A stretch of DNA of 64,000 bases. It comes from Vulcanimicrobiota bacterium (GTDB taxonomy: Bacteria > Vulcanimicrobiota > Vulcanimicrobiia > Vulcanimicrobiales > Vulcanimicrobiaceae). Location of the stretch: NCBI GenBank assembly GCA_963714015.1, contig OY970223.1, positions 128,001-192,000 on the forward strand, read 5' to 3'. Positions 9,840-22,419 of the stretch are shown one piece after another (position 1 is the first letter of the stretch; each line of letters opens with the position of its first letter). The notes under the pieces were generated by a model. That model saw nothing but the letters and a program-made list of their open reading frames with translations. It searched no databases and was not told where the DNA came from. A program made the position numbers and the translations under genes.

Positions 9840-11192
9840 ATGGCGCAAACCGACGCCTCGCGGCTTCGTAAGGAATCGCTCGCCTTTCCCGAGGTCCTGG
9901 CGGCCTCGGTTGCCCTGATTGGGCCGAGCATGACGCCTATTCTGATCGCGCCGTACATGTATCAGAACGCCGGGAACGCGTCGTGGCTCGCTTACGTCTT
10001 CGGCGGAATCATGCTGCTGTTCGTGGCGCTGAATCTGAATCAGTTCGCAAAGCGCTTCACCGGCGCCGGTTCGATGTACGAATACGCAGCGGAAAATCTG
10101 GGGCCCGCCGCAGGCGCGCTGGCCGGGTGGACGCTCATCTGGGCGTACGTTTTCGTCGGCGCGTCACAGTTCGGCGCGATGACGCTCTTCGTAAAGAATT
10201 TGTTGGGTTTGGGCGGATGGCAGGTTCCCGCTCTGCTCGTCTTCGGCGTCGCAACGATAGTGTGGTGGTATTTCGCGTACCGCGACATTCAACTCTCGAC
10301 GATCGTCATGCTGGCACTCGAGACGATCTCCGTTTCCATTATCTCGATCTTGGTGGTCTTCGTGCTGTTCGGTCACGGCGTCGCCGTCGATCCGGCTCAG
10401 TTGCACCTGCACGGAATCAGCGGTACGGGAATCGGTGTAGGAATCGCGTTCGCAATCTTCAGTTTCGTCGGATTCGAGAGCGCGACGGCGTTTGGTGAAG
10501 AAGCAAAACGTCCGCTGGTGAACATACCGCGCGCCGTTCTCGCAAGCGTCGTGCTGGCCAGCGTCTTCTTCATCGTCTGCATCTACGCCGAGATCGTCGG
10601 CCTTCGCCACTCGAAAACTCCGCTCGATCAGCTCTCGGCGCCGCTCTGGACGCTCGCTGACCTCTACGGAGCCGGCTATTTCAAAATACCGATAGGCATC
10701 GGCGCCATCTTCAGTTCGTTCTCCGTTGCGCTCGCGTGCGTAACGACCGGCGCTCGAATCATCCTGCCGATGGCGCGTAAGGGTCTTTTTCCGCTTGCGG
10801 CGGCGAAGATTCAGCCGCGTTTCGCCACGCCTTACGTTGCGGTTTCGGCGGTACTGGGGGCGATGCTCGTCACCGCGCTTGCGATGTATTTCGCGGGCGT
10901 GACCCCAATCAACATTTTCAACTATTGCGGTACGCTGAGCAGTTTTGGGTTCATCGTCATCTACGCGTTTATCGCCGTTTCGGCGCCTCTTTTTTTACGG
11001 CGGATCGGCGATCACAAAACGATCGACTACGTCATAGCCGCCTTGGCGCTGATTTTTTTGCTGGTGCCTGCGGTCACGCTGTTCGTCCCGGCGCCTCCGC
11101 CGCCTACGAACGCCTTTGCCTATATTTTCGTGGCGTACATGCTCGGAGGCTGGATCTATTTTACCGCCGCGGGCCGCAGACGCACCGCATAA
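9840..11192 (+). CDS. APC-family amino acid/polyamine permease
   Basis: About 12 TM helices; AGSMYEY, FSFVGFESATAFGEE, NIPRA motifs. Confidence 0.9.
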   Translation: MAQTDASRLRKESLAFPEVLAASVALIGPSMTPILIAPYMYQNAGNASWLAYVFGGIMLLFVALNLNQFAKRFTGAGSMYEYAAENLGPAAGALAGWTLIWAYVFVGASQFGAMTLFVKNLLGLGGWQVPALLVFGVATIVWWYFAYRDIQLSTIVMLALETISVSIISILVVFVLFGHGVAVDPAQLHLHGISGTGIGVGIAFAIFSFVGFESATAFGEEAKRPLVNIPRAVLASVVLASVFFIVCIYAEIVGLRHSKTPLDQLSAPLWTLADLYGAGYFKIPIGIGAIFSSFSVALACVTTGARIILPMARKGLFPLAAAKIQPRFATPYVAVSAVLGAMLVTALAMYFAGVTPINIFNYCGTLSSFGFIVIYAFIAVSAPLFLRRIGDHKTIDYVIAALALIFLLVPAVTLFVPAPPPPTNAFAYIFVAYMLGGWIYFTAAGRRRTA

Positions 11193-12724
11193 TCTGCTAA
11201 AATCTCCCGCGCCGCGCGGATACCGGACTGAGCGCCGCCCTCCATGAAGCCCTGATACTCGACGGACGTGTGCTCGCCCGCAAAGTGTATGCCGCCTTGC
11301 GCGACCTGTTCGTAACCTGCAAATCCGGTGTACTGCCCCACCAGCCAGGTCGAGTAGCTCGCGAGAATATTGGGATCGACTTGCGCGTTCCCCAATGTCG
11401 CTTTACCGTTGTACGCTTTAGCGGTTCCCGGCCACACGCGATCGAGCATGCGCGAGAAATTTGCGAACGTGGCGAGCCACGGCGGGGGACTGATTCGCGA
11501 ACGTGTACGGCGTAGGCGGCACGTCCGTGAGACCTTGCGCACCGGCCGTGAAGAACTCGACGATTCCGGATCGGCCTGCCTGACCGCACGAAAAATCCAC
11601 CGAGCACTGAAATCCCAGATCGGTCCAAATCTGACCGTCGACCGGGTCGGGCCAAGGACCACTGCCGGTCCAAGGACGCCGGTCGAACTGGACGTGCAGC
11701 TTGGAATGGATGCCGTAGCCGAGCTCGTTTATCGCTCGAAGCTTGCGCGAGTCGAACTGCGCGCCGCTGAAATCCAAACCGCGCAGAACGATAAAGGGAA
11801 TAGCGACAATGACGCGGTCCGCGTATTCCGTAACCGCTGCGCCCGTGCCGATCTGAAATTGCAGCGCATATCCGCCCGCAGGCCGCTTGCGCAGCGAGAT
11901 CAGGCGATGCTGCATCTTGATGGAGCCGCCGGGCAGTGCGGCGGAAATCGCAAGCGGCAGCCGCTGACTTCCGGCGGCGAGAATGTAGCGCTGGTCGGAG
12001 TATCCCAAAACGTTCATTTCGCCGGTGCGTTCGTACGAATGCTGGATGCCCAGCATGTAAACGACGTTCAAGCGCGCTCTGCTGCTCGATCGGCGCGCCG
12101 TTCTCGTTCCAGTACGCATCGACGATCAACCGGCCCATCTGCGATTCCAGGCCGCCCGGTACGTACCGCTCGATCCAGTCTTTCATGGACATGGCGTCCA
12201 AGCGGCGCGCTTCGGACGTAGCATGGTCGTACGTCGTTTGCGGGCCGATCTGCGTCAGCTGAGCCTTGAGCACCCGGTAGACCGGCTGCGAAATCGCGAT
12301 CGGCGCGGCGCATCGGGTAGTAGCGATCGTGAAAATACGACGTGTCGCGCGAACGAGCAGGCATAGCCGCAAACGTGTCGATCAGGCGCAGATTGAAGCG
12401 GTGGGCGAGTGCGTGCATATTGGTATGATGCGAGTCGATCATCGCGCCGCACCATTCCGTGTGCTGTCCGTCGTTCCAATATCCGGTCTCGGAGTGCATC
12501 CGACCGCCGATGCGATTGGATGCCTCGTACACGGTCGCCGAGAGGCCGGCGTCGTGTAACTGCAGCGCCGCAGTTAAGCCGGCTATGCCCGCGCCGATAA
12601 CGGCGATCCTCGGCTCGTTGCGCCGCACCCCCAAGCCGCACGATACGAGCAGGGGGGAAGCCGCCGCGCCGAGCATGCCGCGCGCGAATTGACCGCGCGT
12701 GAGCGTTCTGCGCAGCAGCGGCAC
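11156..12724 (-). CDS. flavin monoamine/polyamine oxidase family, probably exported (about 3 frameshifts)
   Basis: IAVIGAGIAGL..A, YEAS.RIGGR, KLHVQF...W and IHFAGEHTS...QGFMEGG spread over four ORF pieces; N-terminal signal-like segment with Cys. Confidence 0.85.
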
Positions 12725-15700
12725 TACAACCTGACGTTCAAGTCGAGCGTTATCTGAAAGGGTTGAATCTCCGAAGTGTAGCCGACTTGAGTGTTGTTGA
12801 ACCACGTGCCGTACGGATAGGTTACTTGAATCGGCGTGTAGGCCGGCGCAAGAAAGTTTCCGGACGGTGCCAAGATGTTCGAGGGAAGATTCGAGTAGAT
12901 GCACGTGCCGGCATCGTCCCAGGCGTAGCCCCGCTGGAAGCAGTGATTGTATACGTTGTTCGCGATCAGCGTCAGCGTCATTTTGGAATTGAGATCGTAG
13001 CCGACCTGAAGGTTCGCAATCAGTTGAGCAGGTTCGCGCAAGGAACCGGGCGCGTCGAATTTTCCGGTATACGGATCGGGCAGAAAGAGCGCGCCCGGAG
13101 TTTCGGTTGCGCCGCCTGCGGTCGTATAGGTGCCCGTGCAGCTTACGCCGGGTGATTGCGGAGTCGCGGACGGCAGCGCCGTACAAGATTGCGGAACATA
13201 GCCCGGATAAACCAGCGGCGACCCGTAGACGGATCCGGAGTCGTAGCTGAAGGACGGAGTCACCGAGAAACGCCCGTGCCGGTAGTTGAGAATCAGCGAG
13301 GCGACGTCGGGAACTTCAAAGCCGTTGGCCGCCGTGAACGGCGCGGGCGTCACGTCGTACGGCGCATACCATCCGTTGCGATCGAGCAGCGGCTGAGGCG
13401 CGTCGTTGATGTACGGATTTGGAACCGTAACCGTACCGTTGTTGAAATTCGCGACGGAATTTTGTCCTTGCCAGACCGCGGTGCCGCACTGTGCGTAAGC
13501 GGCCGTGCCGGGCTGGCCCGCAGCCGGGTTGCCGGACGGATTACATGCGGACGTGTACGAGTTATACTGCGCGATGTAATTATTCAGCGTGTCGATGACG
13601 CTGGCGCCGTTCGAGACGGCCGCGTACTTCACTTTGCTGTCGGTGTGCGTGTACGAGGCCAAAAACGAGAAGCCGTCGTGCGAGAAATCGCCGCCTTGGA
13701 GCGAGAGTTCGACGCCGTCGTTGATTTGCGTGCCGACGTTCAGACCGGCTAGAGTTCCCTGCAGCGGGTTGATCGCCAGATACTGGAGCTGATTATGCGT
13801 TTGGCGAAAGAACGGCGTGATTTTATACGAGAGGTCGGTTCCGCGAATGTGCTTCTCGAGCGAGAGGTCGAAGTTGTTCGCGGTGTCGGGCTGTACGGCG
13901 TGATCCGGCGTCGTGTAGCCGAACGCGTAAAACTGCGAGATGAACGACGGCAAATCTTGTTGCCACGTATTGTACTGCTGATATGAAGTCGCCGCAGGAC
14001 GGACGTAGCGCCCCGCCGAGCCGCGAATCACCGTATCGGGATTGAGGGTCCAAGTAAAGGCCGCGCGCGGTTGAAAAACCGCGGTCGCGGTCGTGCTGCC
14101 TCCGACGTTCGTCAGTCCGACTCCAGGCGTAGGCGCGCCGTTACTCCACATCGGCGTAAAACCCGCCGGACAAGTGCCGAACGTTCCCGTGTTCGCATTC
14201 CAGGTCGACACCGGAGCGAAGCCGGGCGCACCGCAATTCTCCCGATCGAAGGCGTTGAACCAAAACTGACGCGCCGGATAATTCGATTGCAGGTTATCCA
14301 AGCGATAGGCGAAGCGATCGATTCGTCCGCCGAAATTCACGCTCAGCCGCTCGTTGGGATGATAGACGTCGGTCAAAGCGATCGACGAAAAATACGGCGC
14401 GACGTTGTCTACCTGTGCGGCATAGCCGTTTTCCGTCATATACCAAGCGGCGCCGGCGTTTGCGGCCGGTGACCCTGCGGGCGCTGCACCGGGCTGCAGA
14501 TCGATCGTGAAACTCGGCGTAAGTCCGCCTTGGCTTCCGGGATCGTAGCAACTCCACGGCTGCCCCGTGGTGTAGTTGTAGCAGTTGCCGCTCCGGTCGG
14601 CGTAGTTGGAGATCAGCGTCCCGAGGCCCGTGCTGCCGAAGAGCGCGTTGTACGTCTGCAGGCGCTGGGTCTCGTATGAGACCTTCGCCGTGATCTCGTG
14701 CTGCGCGGAGAGTTGATTGGCGTATGTGAGATTGCTGCCGTAGATGTGTCCGAGCACTTCGTAGTCGGGCAGTGAGGCGCCGAACGTCAGCTGCGCCGCG
14801 TTTCCGCCGAAGATGAACCAGTTCGTGTATTCACCGAAGCCGACCAGCCGCAGGTACGAATCGTTGTTGATATTCCGCTGGTACTGCAGCTTCTCTATCG
14901 CGAACGCGTTGCTGGACGAGTCGCGCTCGTTGGGGTTGAGAAACGATTCATATTGAGGTGCCGTCACCGTATCGAGCGGGCGCTGCTGCGGGCTGCTCGG
15001 GAAAGCGCTGTTGACCAGCAAGTTCTGGTTAGGCGTCTGCATGAGCGGCCCGTTGTAGTAGATCGAGTCGAGCCACGGGAACGGGTATCCCGGCCAGAAG
15101 TTTGCGGTCGACGACGGATTGCAGTACGTTCCGCTGCTGCAGACCGTGACGTTCTGCGCGCCGATGTCGTTCGCCGAGCTGTTGAAGTACGTAAATATCT
15201 GCCCGACGGTATACAGCAGCTGAACGTCGTCGCGTCCCGCGTTGCGATGATGAGGAATGCCGAAGTGCACGTTGGCGATCGTTTCGCGGTCTTCTTGATA
15301 CGCTTGCCCGTTGACGCTGCCGGGATCGAAGTACGCCCCCCAGTCGTTCGCTGCGGTGCCGCCGCTGCCGTCAAGAATGTGGTAGACGGAGTTGTTCGTC
15401 GGAACGTAGAGCGGAAAGAAGTACAACGGATCGCCGGCGCCGTTGAACTGGTTGTCGTAGCGGAACGCTTGATTATCCGCCAGCGTGCCCAAATAGTACG
15501 AGAACAGATGATTTGGCGAGGCGCCTCCGACTTCGGCAGAGAGTTTGTGATAAAACGTCGGTGCGCCGGCGCCGAAATCCGCGTCCGCGTAACCGGGATA
15601 GGTGCCGGTGCGGATCACTTGGTTGATGTATCCCGCCAAGCCCGGCGAATCCGACGTTGCGGGCGTTCCGCCCGTGTAGACTTGGACTTCTTGCTGGCCG

Positions 15701-16350
15701 AGCGACGAAAGCGTGACGATCGGCGCTTCGTCGGAATCGCGCAGCACCGGAACGCCGTCGAACTCATAGGCGACTTGGTCGTAGTCGCCGCCGCGAATGT
15801 AAACGCTCTGGTACCACCCTTGTTGCCCAGTCGGCATCGATACACCGGGCGCGCTGGCAATGGCGCTGTACGCCTGATTCAGCGAACCGGATCCGGCAAG
15901 CGCCGTAGCGGCGTGCTGGCCGGACGGATTGAGCGAATAGACGTCGCTCGTCGTGCCGGGGTGAACCAGACTCTGCACGGACCGCGAGCGCACTTGCGCG
16001 ATCGTCTTGATCGACTTTTGCAGTGAAACGTTAACGTCGGTCGATTGATCCGCCAGCACCGAGTTTCCGGGTATCGACTGGGAGTCGTAGCCGTCTTTCT
16101 CAACGCTCAAAACATACGTGTCCGGCGCCAGCGAAATGAAGGCGAAGTTGCCGCCGGAGTCGGTCGAAGCGCTCGCGTTCTGCGAGGCCGACGACACGAT
16201 CACTTTGGCGCCGGGAATTGCGGCGTGCGTCTGCGCGTCGACGACGCGCCCGCGCAACGCTCCGGTCGTGCCGGCGCTTACCGCGAGCGGATAGCCGGTC
16301 AAGAAAAGCGCGGCCGCCCATGCAGCCCAAACCAGTCGCAATTTGCCCAA
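12724..16350 (-). CDS. TonB-dependent outer-membrane receptor with N-terminal carboxypeptidase-regulatory-like domain (~1208 aa)
   Basis: TTG start with GAGGT RBS; signal peptide; GRVVD...IPGAKV domain; YIRGG plug motif; FQPRAAFTW barrel strands. Confidence 0.88.
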   Translation of the reverse strand: MGKLRLVWAAWAAALFLTGYPLAVSAGTTGALRGRVVDAQTHAAIPGAKVIVSSASQNASASTDSGGNFAFISLAPDTYVLSVEKDGYDSQSIPGNSVLADQSTDVNVSLQKSIKTIAQVRSRSVQSLVHPGTTSDVYSLNPSGQHAATALAGSGSLNQAYSAIASAPGVSMPTGQQGWYQSVYIRGGDYDQVAYEFDGVPVLRDSDEAPIVTLSSLGQQEVQVYTGGTPATSDSPGLAGYINQVIRTGTYPGYADADFGAGAPTFYHKLSAEVGGASPNHLFSYYLGTLADNQAFRYDNQFNGAGDPLYFFPLYVPTNNSVYHILDGSGGTAANDWGAYFDPGSVNGQAYQEDRETIANVHFGIPHHRNAGRDDVQLLYTVGQIFTYFNSSANDIGAQNVTVCSSGTYCNPSSTANFWPGYPFPWLDSIYYNGPLMQTPNQNLLVNSAFPSSPQQRPLDTVTAPQYESFLNPNERDSSSNAFAIEKLQYQRNINNDSYLRLVGFGEYTNWFIFGGNAAQLTFGASLPDYEVLGHIYGSNLTYANQLSAQHEITAKVSYETQRLQTYNALFGSTGLGTLISNYADRSGNCYNYTTGQPWSCYDPGSQGGLTPSFTIDLQPGAAPAGSPAANAGAAWYMTENGYAAQVDNVAPYFSSIALTDVYHPNERLSVNFGGRIDRFAYRLDNLQSNYPARQFWFNAFDRENCGAPGFAPVSTWNANTGTFGTCPAGFTPMWSNGAPTPGVGLTNVGGSTTATAVFQPRAAFTWTLNPDTVIRGSAGRYVRPAATSYQQYNTWQQDLPSFISQFYAFGYTTPDHAVQPDTANNFDLSLEKHIRGTDLSYKITPFFRQTHNQLQYLAINPLQGTLAGLNVGTQINDGVELSLQGGDFSHDGFSFLASYTHTDSKVKYAAVSNGASVIDTLNNYIAQYNSYTSACNPSGNPAAGQPGTAAYAQCGTAVWQGQNSVANFNNGTVTVPNPYINDAPQPLLDRNGWYAPYDVTPAPFTAANGFEVPDVASLILNYRHGRFSVTPSFSYDSGSVYGSPLVYPGYVPQSCTALPSATPQSPGVSCTGTYTTAGGATETPGALFLPDPYTGKFDAPGSLREPAQLIANLQVGYDLNSKMTLTLIANNVYNHCFQRGYAWDDAGTCIYSNLPSNILAPSGNFLAPAYTPIQVTYPYGTWFNNTQVGYTSEIQPFQITLDLNVRL

Positions 16351-16468
16351 TACCGATACCTCGCTCGTAAGCAAGCGCGTATTTGGAGTTAAGTCTACGC
16401 CCGCGTAGAGCACCCTTCCACGTGCGCCGTCACCAATTTCAACGGGGATTTCTGTCTCGGCGCACCAA

Positions 16469-18073
16469 TCACCACTCGCGGTTCTCGATGTCCAGGAGCC
16501 GCGTCGCCAGTCGCAGTCTAAAACGCGCGTCGGCGTCGTCGAGGTCCACGCCGAGCTCTTCGGTCGCCCGGTCGAGGCGGTACCGCAGCGTGTTGGGATG
16601 GATTCCGAGCACTTGAGAAGTCCGCCGGAAGTGAAAGCCTTGGCGCGCGAGCGCGAGCAGCGCCTGGGCCAGCTGCCGGCCGTTCTTGCGGCTGCGCAGC
16701 GGCTTGAACAGATCGTCCAAGAACGTCTCGCGCGCCTTTGCGTCACCCATGATGACCCGCGGCACGAGTAAATCCTCGTAGAAGCACACGTTCCCGCGAT
16801 AGCGATAGCTGAGCAACGACAGCGCTTCCCGGTAGCTCTGTCTGGCGCCGTCGGCGCCGGAGTGAACGCGGCCGAAAACCATCGGCATGGACGGCTCCCC
16901 GAGCGATTGACGAACGGGCTCGACCGACTTTCCTTCAGGCAGCAGAAAGGCGACGTGATTCAGGTTCACGGTGACGAGCTGCTCGACGGACATCTGCTTG
17001 AGCGCGTCGCGAACGCGTGCCGCGATCCGGTCGCGCCGGAGCACCGCGTCACGCTCGAGCGGCAGCTCTTCGGGAACGATCACGATGCCGACGCGATAGC
17101 GGCCGCGCGGATCGAATCCCAACAACCGCACGCGCTCTTCGGCAACGGGCTTCTCGCCCGGCTCGGACTCCAATAAGGAGAGAAACGACGCATAGCCCAA
17201 GCGTGATTCTACCGAAGCGAGCTCCCGCTGATGGGCGATGTGTATGGCGGCAACGAGCGCGGCGTGTTCTGCAGCGCGATGATCCAGTTCGCTGAGCGGC
17301 GCGTGTCCTTCGATAATCCAAACCAGGCCGACGAGTTCGGAGCCGATTCTGATCGGACAAACCACCCGTGCCGCCGATCCGACCTCGGCCATGGCCGGCA
17401 CGCGTAACGGCTTGTCCGAAGCGCGAATGTGGCGCGCCATGCCGGATCGTTCCAACGCGCGCATCATCGCTTGCGGTGTCTGCGACTGCTCCAGCGTTTC
17501 GCGGCGCACCGCGTCCTGCGCGCCCTCGACGGAGCAGTACGCGAGCAGCTTTCCGGTTGGATCTTCGAATGTAACGGAGCGGCCGATGAGCGAACAGAGG
17601 CTCTTGGCGAGATCGTCCAAACTTGCATCCCGCGATGCTGCGCGGGTTAGGGCGCGGTGAATCTGCTCGGAGCGCTCGATGATGCGGTAGGGCGCAGCAG
17701 TCACGGCTTTATGCAGCTCTTCCGTAATTGCCGCAAACGGCACTTCCCACGGAATTTCCAGCAACGGAAGATTGGAGCGATCCGCTTCGTCCCGCGCGGC
17801 CTCGGAAAAATGGTCGACGTATTTGGGCACGGCCATTGCAAGCACCGCAACTCCTGCGGCGGAGAGGTTTGCGATATGCCCTCGCTGCGCCGGCTCACCC
17901 TTCGGCCACGCGTACCCGGTCGTCAAGATCATAAAGCCGGGGCGCACCCACGGAACGGGGTCGGGCATGTCGACCACGTGCGACCACAATACCTCGCGGT
18001 CCAGCCCCCCGCGTCCCGCAACCACGGCCGCGGCAGCGAGCGACGGCAGCTCGAGCACTTCTTTCAACTGCAT
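16469..18073 (-). CDS. PucR-family transcriptional regulator
   Basis: N-terminal VVAG..GLDREV.W.H ligand domain; C-terminal LGIHPNTLRYRL HTH. Confidence 0.92.
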   Translation of the reverse strand: MQLKEVLELPSLAAAAVVAGRGGLDREVLWSHVVDMPDPVPWVRPGFMILTTGYAWPKGEPAQRGHIANLSAAGVAVLAMAVPKYVDHFSEAARDEADRSNLPLLEIPWEVPFAAITEELHKAVTAAPYRIIERSEQIHRALTRAASRDASLDDLAKSLCSLIGRSVTFEDPTGKLLAYCSVEGAQDAVRRETLEQSQTPQAMMRALERSGMARHIRASDKPLRVPAMAEVGSAARVVCPIRIGSELVGLVWIIEGHAPLSELDHRAAEHAALVAAIHIAHQRELASVESRLGYASFLSLLESEPGEKPVAEERVRLLGFDPRGRYRVGIVIVPEELPLERDAVLRRDRIAARVRDALKQMSVEQLVTVNLNHVAFLLPEGKSVEPVRQSLGEPSMPMVFGRVHSGADGARQSYREALSLLSYRYRGNVCFYEDLLVPRVIMGDAKARETFLDDLFKPLRSRKNGRQLAQALLALARQGFHFRRTSQVLGIHPNTLRYRLDRATEELGVDLDDADARFRLRLATRLLDIENREW

Positions 18074-18234
18074 TCTAAAGGGCGCTCCTCGCGAGGGGCG
18101 GCCGGCATTGCTGGATTCCTAGACCAAAAATCGCCTGAATTTTGTGCATTCGCCACCTAGAGCCGCCGCGCGAGGAACGTTAAACTGGAAGGCAGCCCAT
18201 TCCTCGGGCGGCTCGCGGCTGCCCCGAAAGGACC

Positions 18235-19506
18235 TTGAGCGTGCAGCTGGCCGGCTCCCAGACCGAAACACTTCTGCGCCGCCGCGCCGACAGCGTGTCG
18301 CGAGGCGTCGGCAACGCGCATCCGATCTTCGTCGACCGGGCGGAGGGCGCGCGAATTTGGGATGTGGACGGCCGCGAGTACCTGGATTTTGCCGGAGGCA
18401 TCGGCGTCCTCAATGCAGGGCATTGCCATCCGAAGATCGTCGCCGCAATTGCCGAACAAGCCGCGCGGTTCACGCATACGTGTTTCCAAGTCGGCATGTA
18501 CGAGCCGTACGTGCAATTGGCCGAGAAGCTCAACCGGCTCGCGCCCGGACCGTCGCCTAAGAAAACGCTGCTGCTGACGACCGGCGCCGAAGCAACGGAG
18601 AACGCGGTGAAGATCGCCCGGGAGTATACGCGCCGGCCCGCAGTGATTGGGTTTCAGCATGGTTATCACGGCAGAACGCTGCTGGCGCTCTCCCTGACGG
18701 GCAAGAATGCGCCGTACAAGCAGCATTTCGGCCCCTTCTGCGCCGAGATCTATCACTCGCCTTTTCCTTACGAACTGCGCGGCTGGACCGTGGAGCGCGC
18801 ACTCGAAGCTCTGACGGATCTCTTCGCGACCCAGGTCGCCCCGGATCGCGTGGCGGCGATTATCGTCGAGCCCGTGCTGGGCGAAGGCGGATTCATTCCG
18901 GCGCCGGCGCCGTTCTTGCAGGAGCTCCGCCGCGTCTGCGACCGGGAGGGGATCGTGCTGATCTGCGACGAGATTCAAACCGGTTTTGGGCGCACGGGAC
19001 GCTTCTTCGCGTGCGAGCACGCGGGTATCGAGCCGGATCTGATTGCCGTCGCAAAGTCGCTGGCCGGCGGAATGCCCCTCTCGGCGGTCGTCGGGAAGGC
19101 GTCTATTATGGACGCTCCGGAACCGGGCGGCTTGGGCGGGACGTACGCCGGCAATCCAATCGCGTGCGCGGCGGCACTGGCCACGCTCGAGATCATGGAC
19201 GATGCGTTCTTAGAGCGCGCACGCGTCATCGGCGAAAGATTGTTCGCGGCGCTGCGCGATTTGAAGAGCCGCTACGAAGCAATCGTCGAAGTACGCGGGT
19301 TAGGCGCGATGGTCGCCATGGAACTGCGCAATCCCCGGGATTGCGAGACCATCGTCCGCGAGGCGCGCGAACGCGGATTACTGCTGCTGCTCGCCGGCAA
19401 GGGCAACGTCATCCGCATCCTGGTTCCACTCATCATCAGCGACGCCGATTTACAGACGGCGTTCGCGCGTCTGGGCGAAAGTTGCGAGGCCGCGCTTTCC
19501 GCCTGA
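18235..19506 (+). CDS. gabT: 4-aminobutyrate--2-oxoglutarate aminotransferase
   Basis: LDFAGGIGVLNAGH, TGAEATENAVKIAR, DEIQTGFGRTG, AKSLAGGMPL, GGTYAGNP. Confidence 0.9.
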   Translation: MSVQLAGSQTETLLRRRADSVSRGVGNAHPIFVDRAEGARIWDVDGREYLDFAGGIGVLNAGHCHPKIVAAIAEQAARFTHTCFQVGMYEPYVQLAEKLNRLAPGPSPKKTLLLTTGAEATENAVKIAREYTRRPAVIGFQHGYHGRTLLALSLTGKNAPYKQHFGPFCAEIYHSPFPYELRGWTVERALEALTDLFATQVAPDRVAAIIVEPVLGEGGFIPAPAPFLQELRRVCDREGIVLICDEIQTGFGRTGRFFACEHAGIEPDLIAVAKSLAGGMPLSAVVGKASIMDAPEPGGLGGTYAGNPIACAAALATLEIMDDAFLERARVIGERLFAALRDLKSRYEAIVEVRGLGAMVAMELRNPRDCETIVREARERGLLLLLAGKGNVIRILVPLIISDADLQTAFARLGESCEAALSA

Positions 19507-19535
19507 AGTGAGGTCCTAAAATTAGTGAACGTTCG

Positions 19536-20892
<1,357 letters not shown>

Positions 20893-20895
20893 TCC

Positions 20896-22419
20896 ATGCA
20901 AACTCTCAATCGCACCGCTTCTCCGGAAGAATTGCTCCGCAATCTGCCGCGCTCGGCTAACGGTACGCTGCTGATGTACGTCAACGGCCGATGGTGCGAC
21001 GCCTCGGACGGGGCAACCCGCACGCTGATCAATCCCTCGAACGACGAGGCGGTAGCGACGGTCTGCGAGGGGACGCGCGAGGATGCCGCCCGAGCGATTC
21101 AAAGCGCGCACGACGCGTTTTACAGCGGGCCCTGGGGCGAGAGTACGGCACTGGATCGCGCAAAGCTGCTCCTGCGCCTTGCCGACAAAATCGACGAGTA
21201 CGCCGCCGAGCTTGCGCGGATCGACACGCTCAACAACGGCAAGCCGATTCGCGAAACCGAGTACGACGTCACCGATGCGGCAAATTGCTTCCGCTACTAC
21301 GCCGGCCTTGCCACGAAGCCGACGGGACAGACGTTCGACGTGCCGGCGCCTTCGCAAACGTTCGTCGTGCGCGAACCGATCGGCGTCTGCGGACAGATCA
21401 TTCCGTGGAACTATCCGCTGCTGATGGCGGCGTGGAAACTTGCGCCGGCACTCGCTGCAGGCAACACCTGCGTGCTCAAACCGTCGGAGCTGACGCCGCT
21501 CTCCGCCTTGCGTTTGGCGACGATCTTCGAAGAGATCGAGCTTCCGGCAGGCGTCGTGAACATCGTCTTGGGCGCGGGCGCAACCGTGGGCGCGGCCATC
21601 GCTGAAAGCGACCAGGTGAGCAAAGTCGCGTTTACCGGCGGCACGGTAACCGGGCGCTCCATCATGCGCGCGGCGACCGGAAACTTGAAGAAGATCTCGC
21701 TCGAGCTCGGCGGCAAGTCGCCCAACGTCGTTTTCGCGGACGCCGATTTCGATACGGCGGTCGACTATGCGCTCTTCGGCATCTACGCCAACGCCGGTCA
21801 AGTATGCTCGGCCGGTTCGCGGTTGATCCTGCAAGACACGTTGTACGAAAAGTTCGTGGAACGCCTGGTCGAGCGCGCAAAGAACATTCGCGTAGGCGAC
21901 GGTTTCGATCCGCAGACCGAGATGGGTCCGTTGATCTCACGCGCGCACACGGACAAGGTGCAGAACTACATTGCGCTCGGCATCGAAGAAGGCGCCAAAA
22001 TCGAATGCGGCGGCAACCGGATCGGCGATCGCGGCTGCTTCATCGCGCCCACGATCTTTACGCGGACCAATCCAAAAATGCGCATCGTGCAGGAAGAGAT
22101 CTTCGGTCCCGTGCTCGTCGTGCAGACGTTCAAGGACGAAGCCGAAGCGATAGCGCTCGCGAACGACACGATCTACGGCCTTGCCGGCGCCGTCTTCAGC
22201 CAGGACGCAGCAAAGGCGCATCGCGTCATTCGCAAGATGCGGGCCGGCATCACGTGGATCAATACGTACCATCCGACGTACAACGAAGCTCCGTGGGGAG
22301 GCTATAAGCAGTCCGGAATCGGACGGGAACTCGGCACGTACGGCTACGACGCGTACACGGAGGTCAAGCAGATCAACGTCAATCTCTCCGTCGAGCCGTC
22401 GGGTTGGTTCACCGCATGA
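20896..22419 (+). CDS. aldehyde dehydrogenase (aminoaldehyde/betaine-aldehyde type)
   Basis: IPWNYPL, LELGGKSP, AGQVCSAG, EEIFGPV. Confidence 0.92.
   Translation: MQTLNRTASPEELLRNLPRSANGTLLMYVNGRWCDASDGATRTLINPSNDEAVATVCEGTREDAARAIQSAHDAFYSGPWGESTALDRAKLLLRLADKIDEYAAELARIDTLNNGKPIRETEYDVTDAANCFRYYAGLATKPTGQTFDVPAPSQTFVVREPIGVCGQIIPWNYPLLMAAWKLAPALAAGNTCVLKPSELTPLSALRLATIFEEIELPAGVVNIVLGAGATVGAAIAESDQVSKVAFTGGTVTGRSIMRAATGNLKKISLELGGKSPNVVFADADFDTAVDYALFGIYANAGQVCSAGSRLILQDTLYEKFVERLVERAKNIRVGDGFDPQTEMGPLISRAHTDKVQNYIALGIEEGAKIECGGNRIGDRGCFIAPTIFTRTNPKMRIVQEEIFGPVLVVQTFKDEAEAIALANDTIYGLAGAVFSQDAAKAHRVIRKMRAGITWINTYHPTYNEAPWGGYKQSGIGRELGTYGYDAYTEVKQINVNLSVEPSGWFTA

Noticed and set aside
9561..9840. 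Named ncRNA or riboswitch (SRP, 6S, T-box) upstream of greA
   Set aside because: No diagnostic motif recognised; reported only as an unassigned structured leader
16350..16746. N-terminal extension of the 1340-aa TonB receptor ORF
   Set aside because: Overlaps pucR; a signal peptide and RBS support the TTG start at 16350
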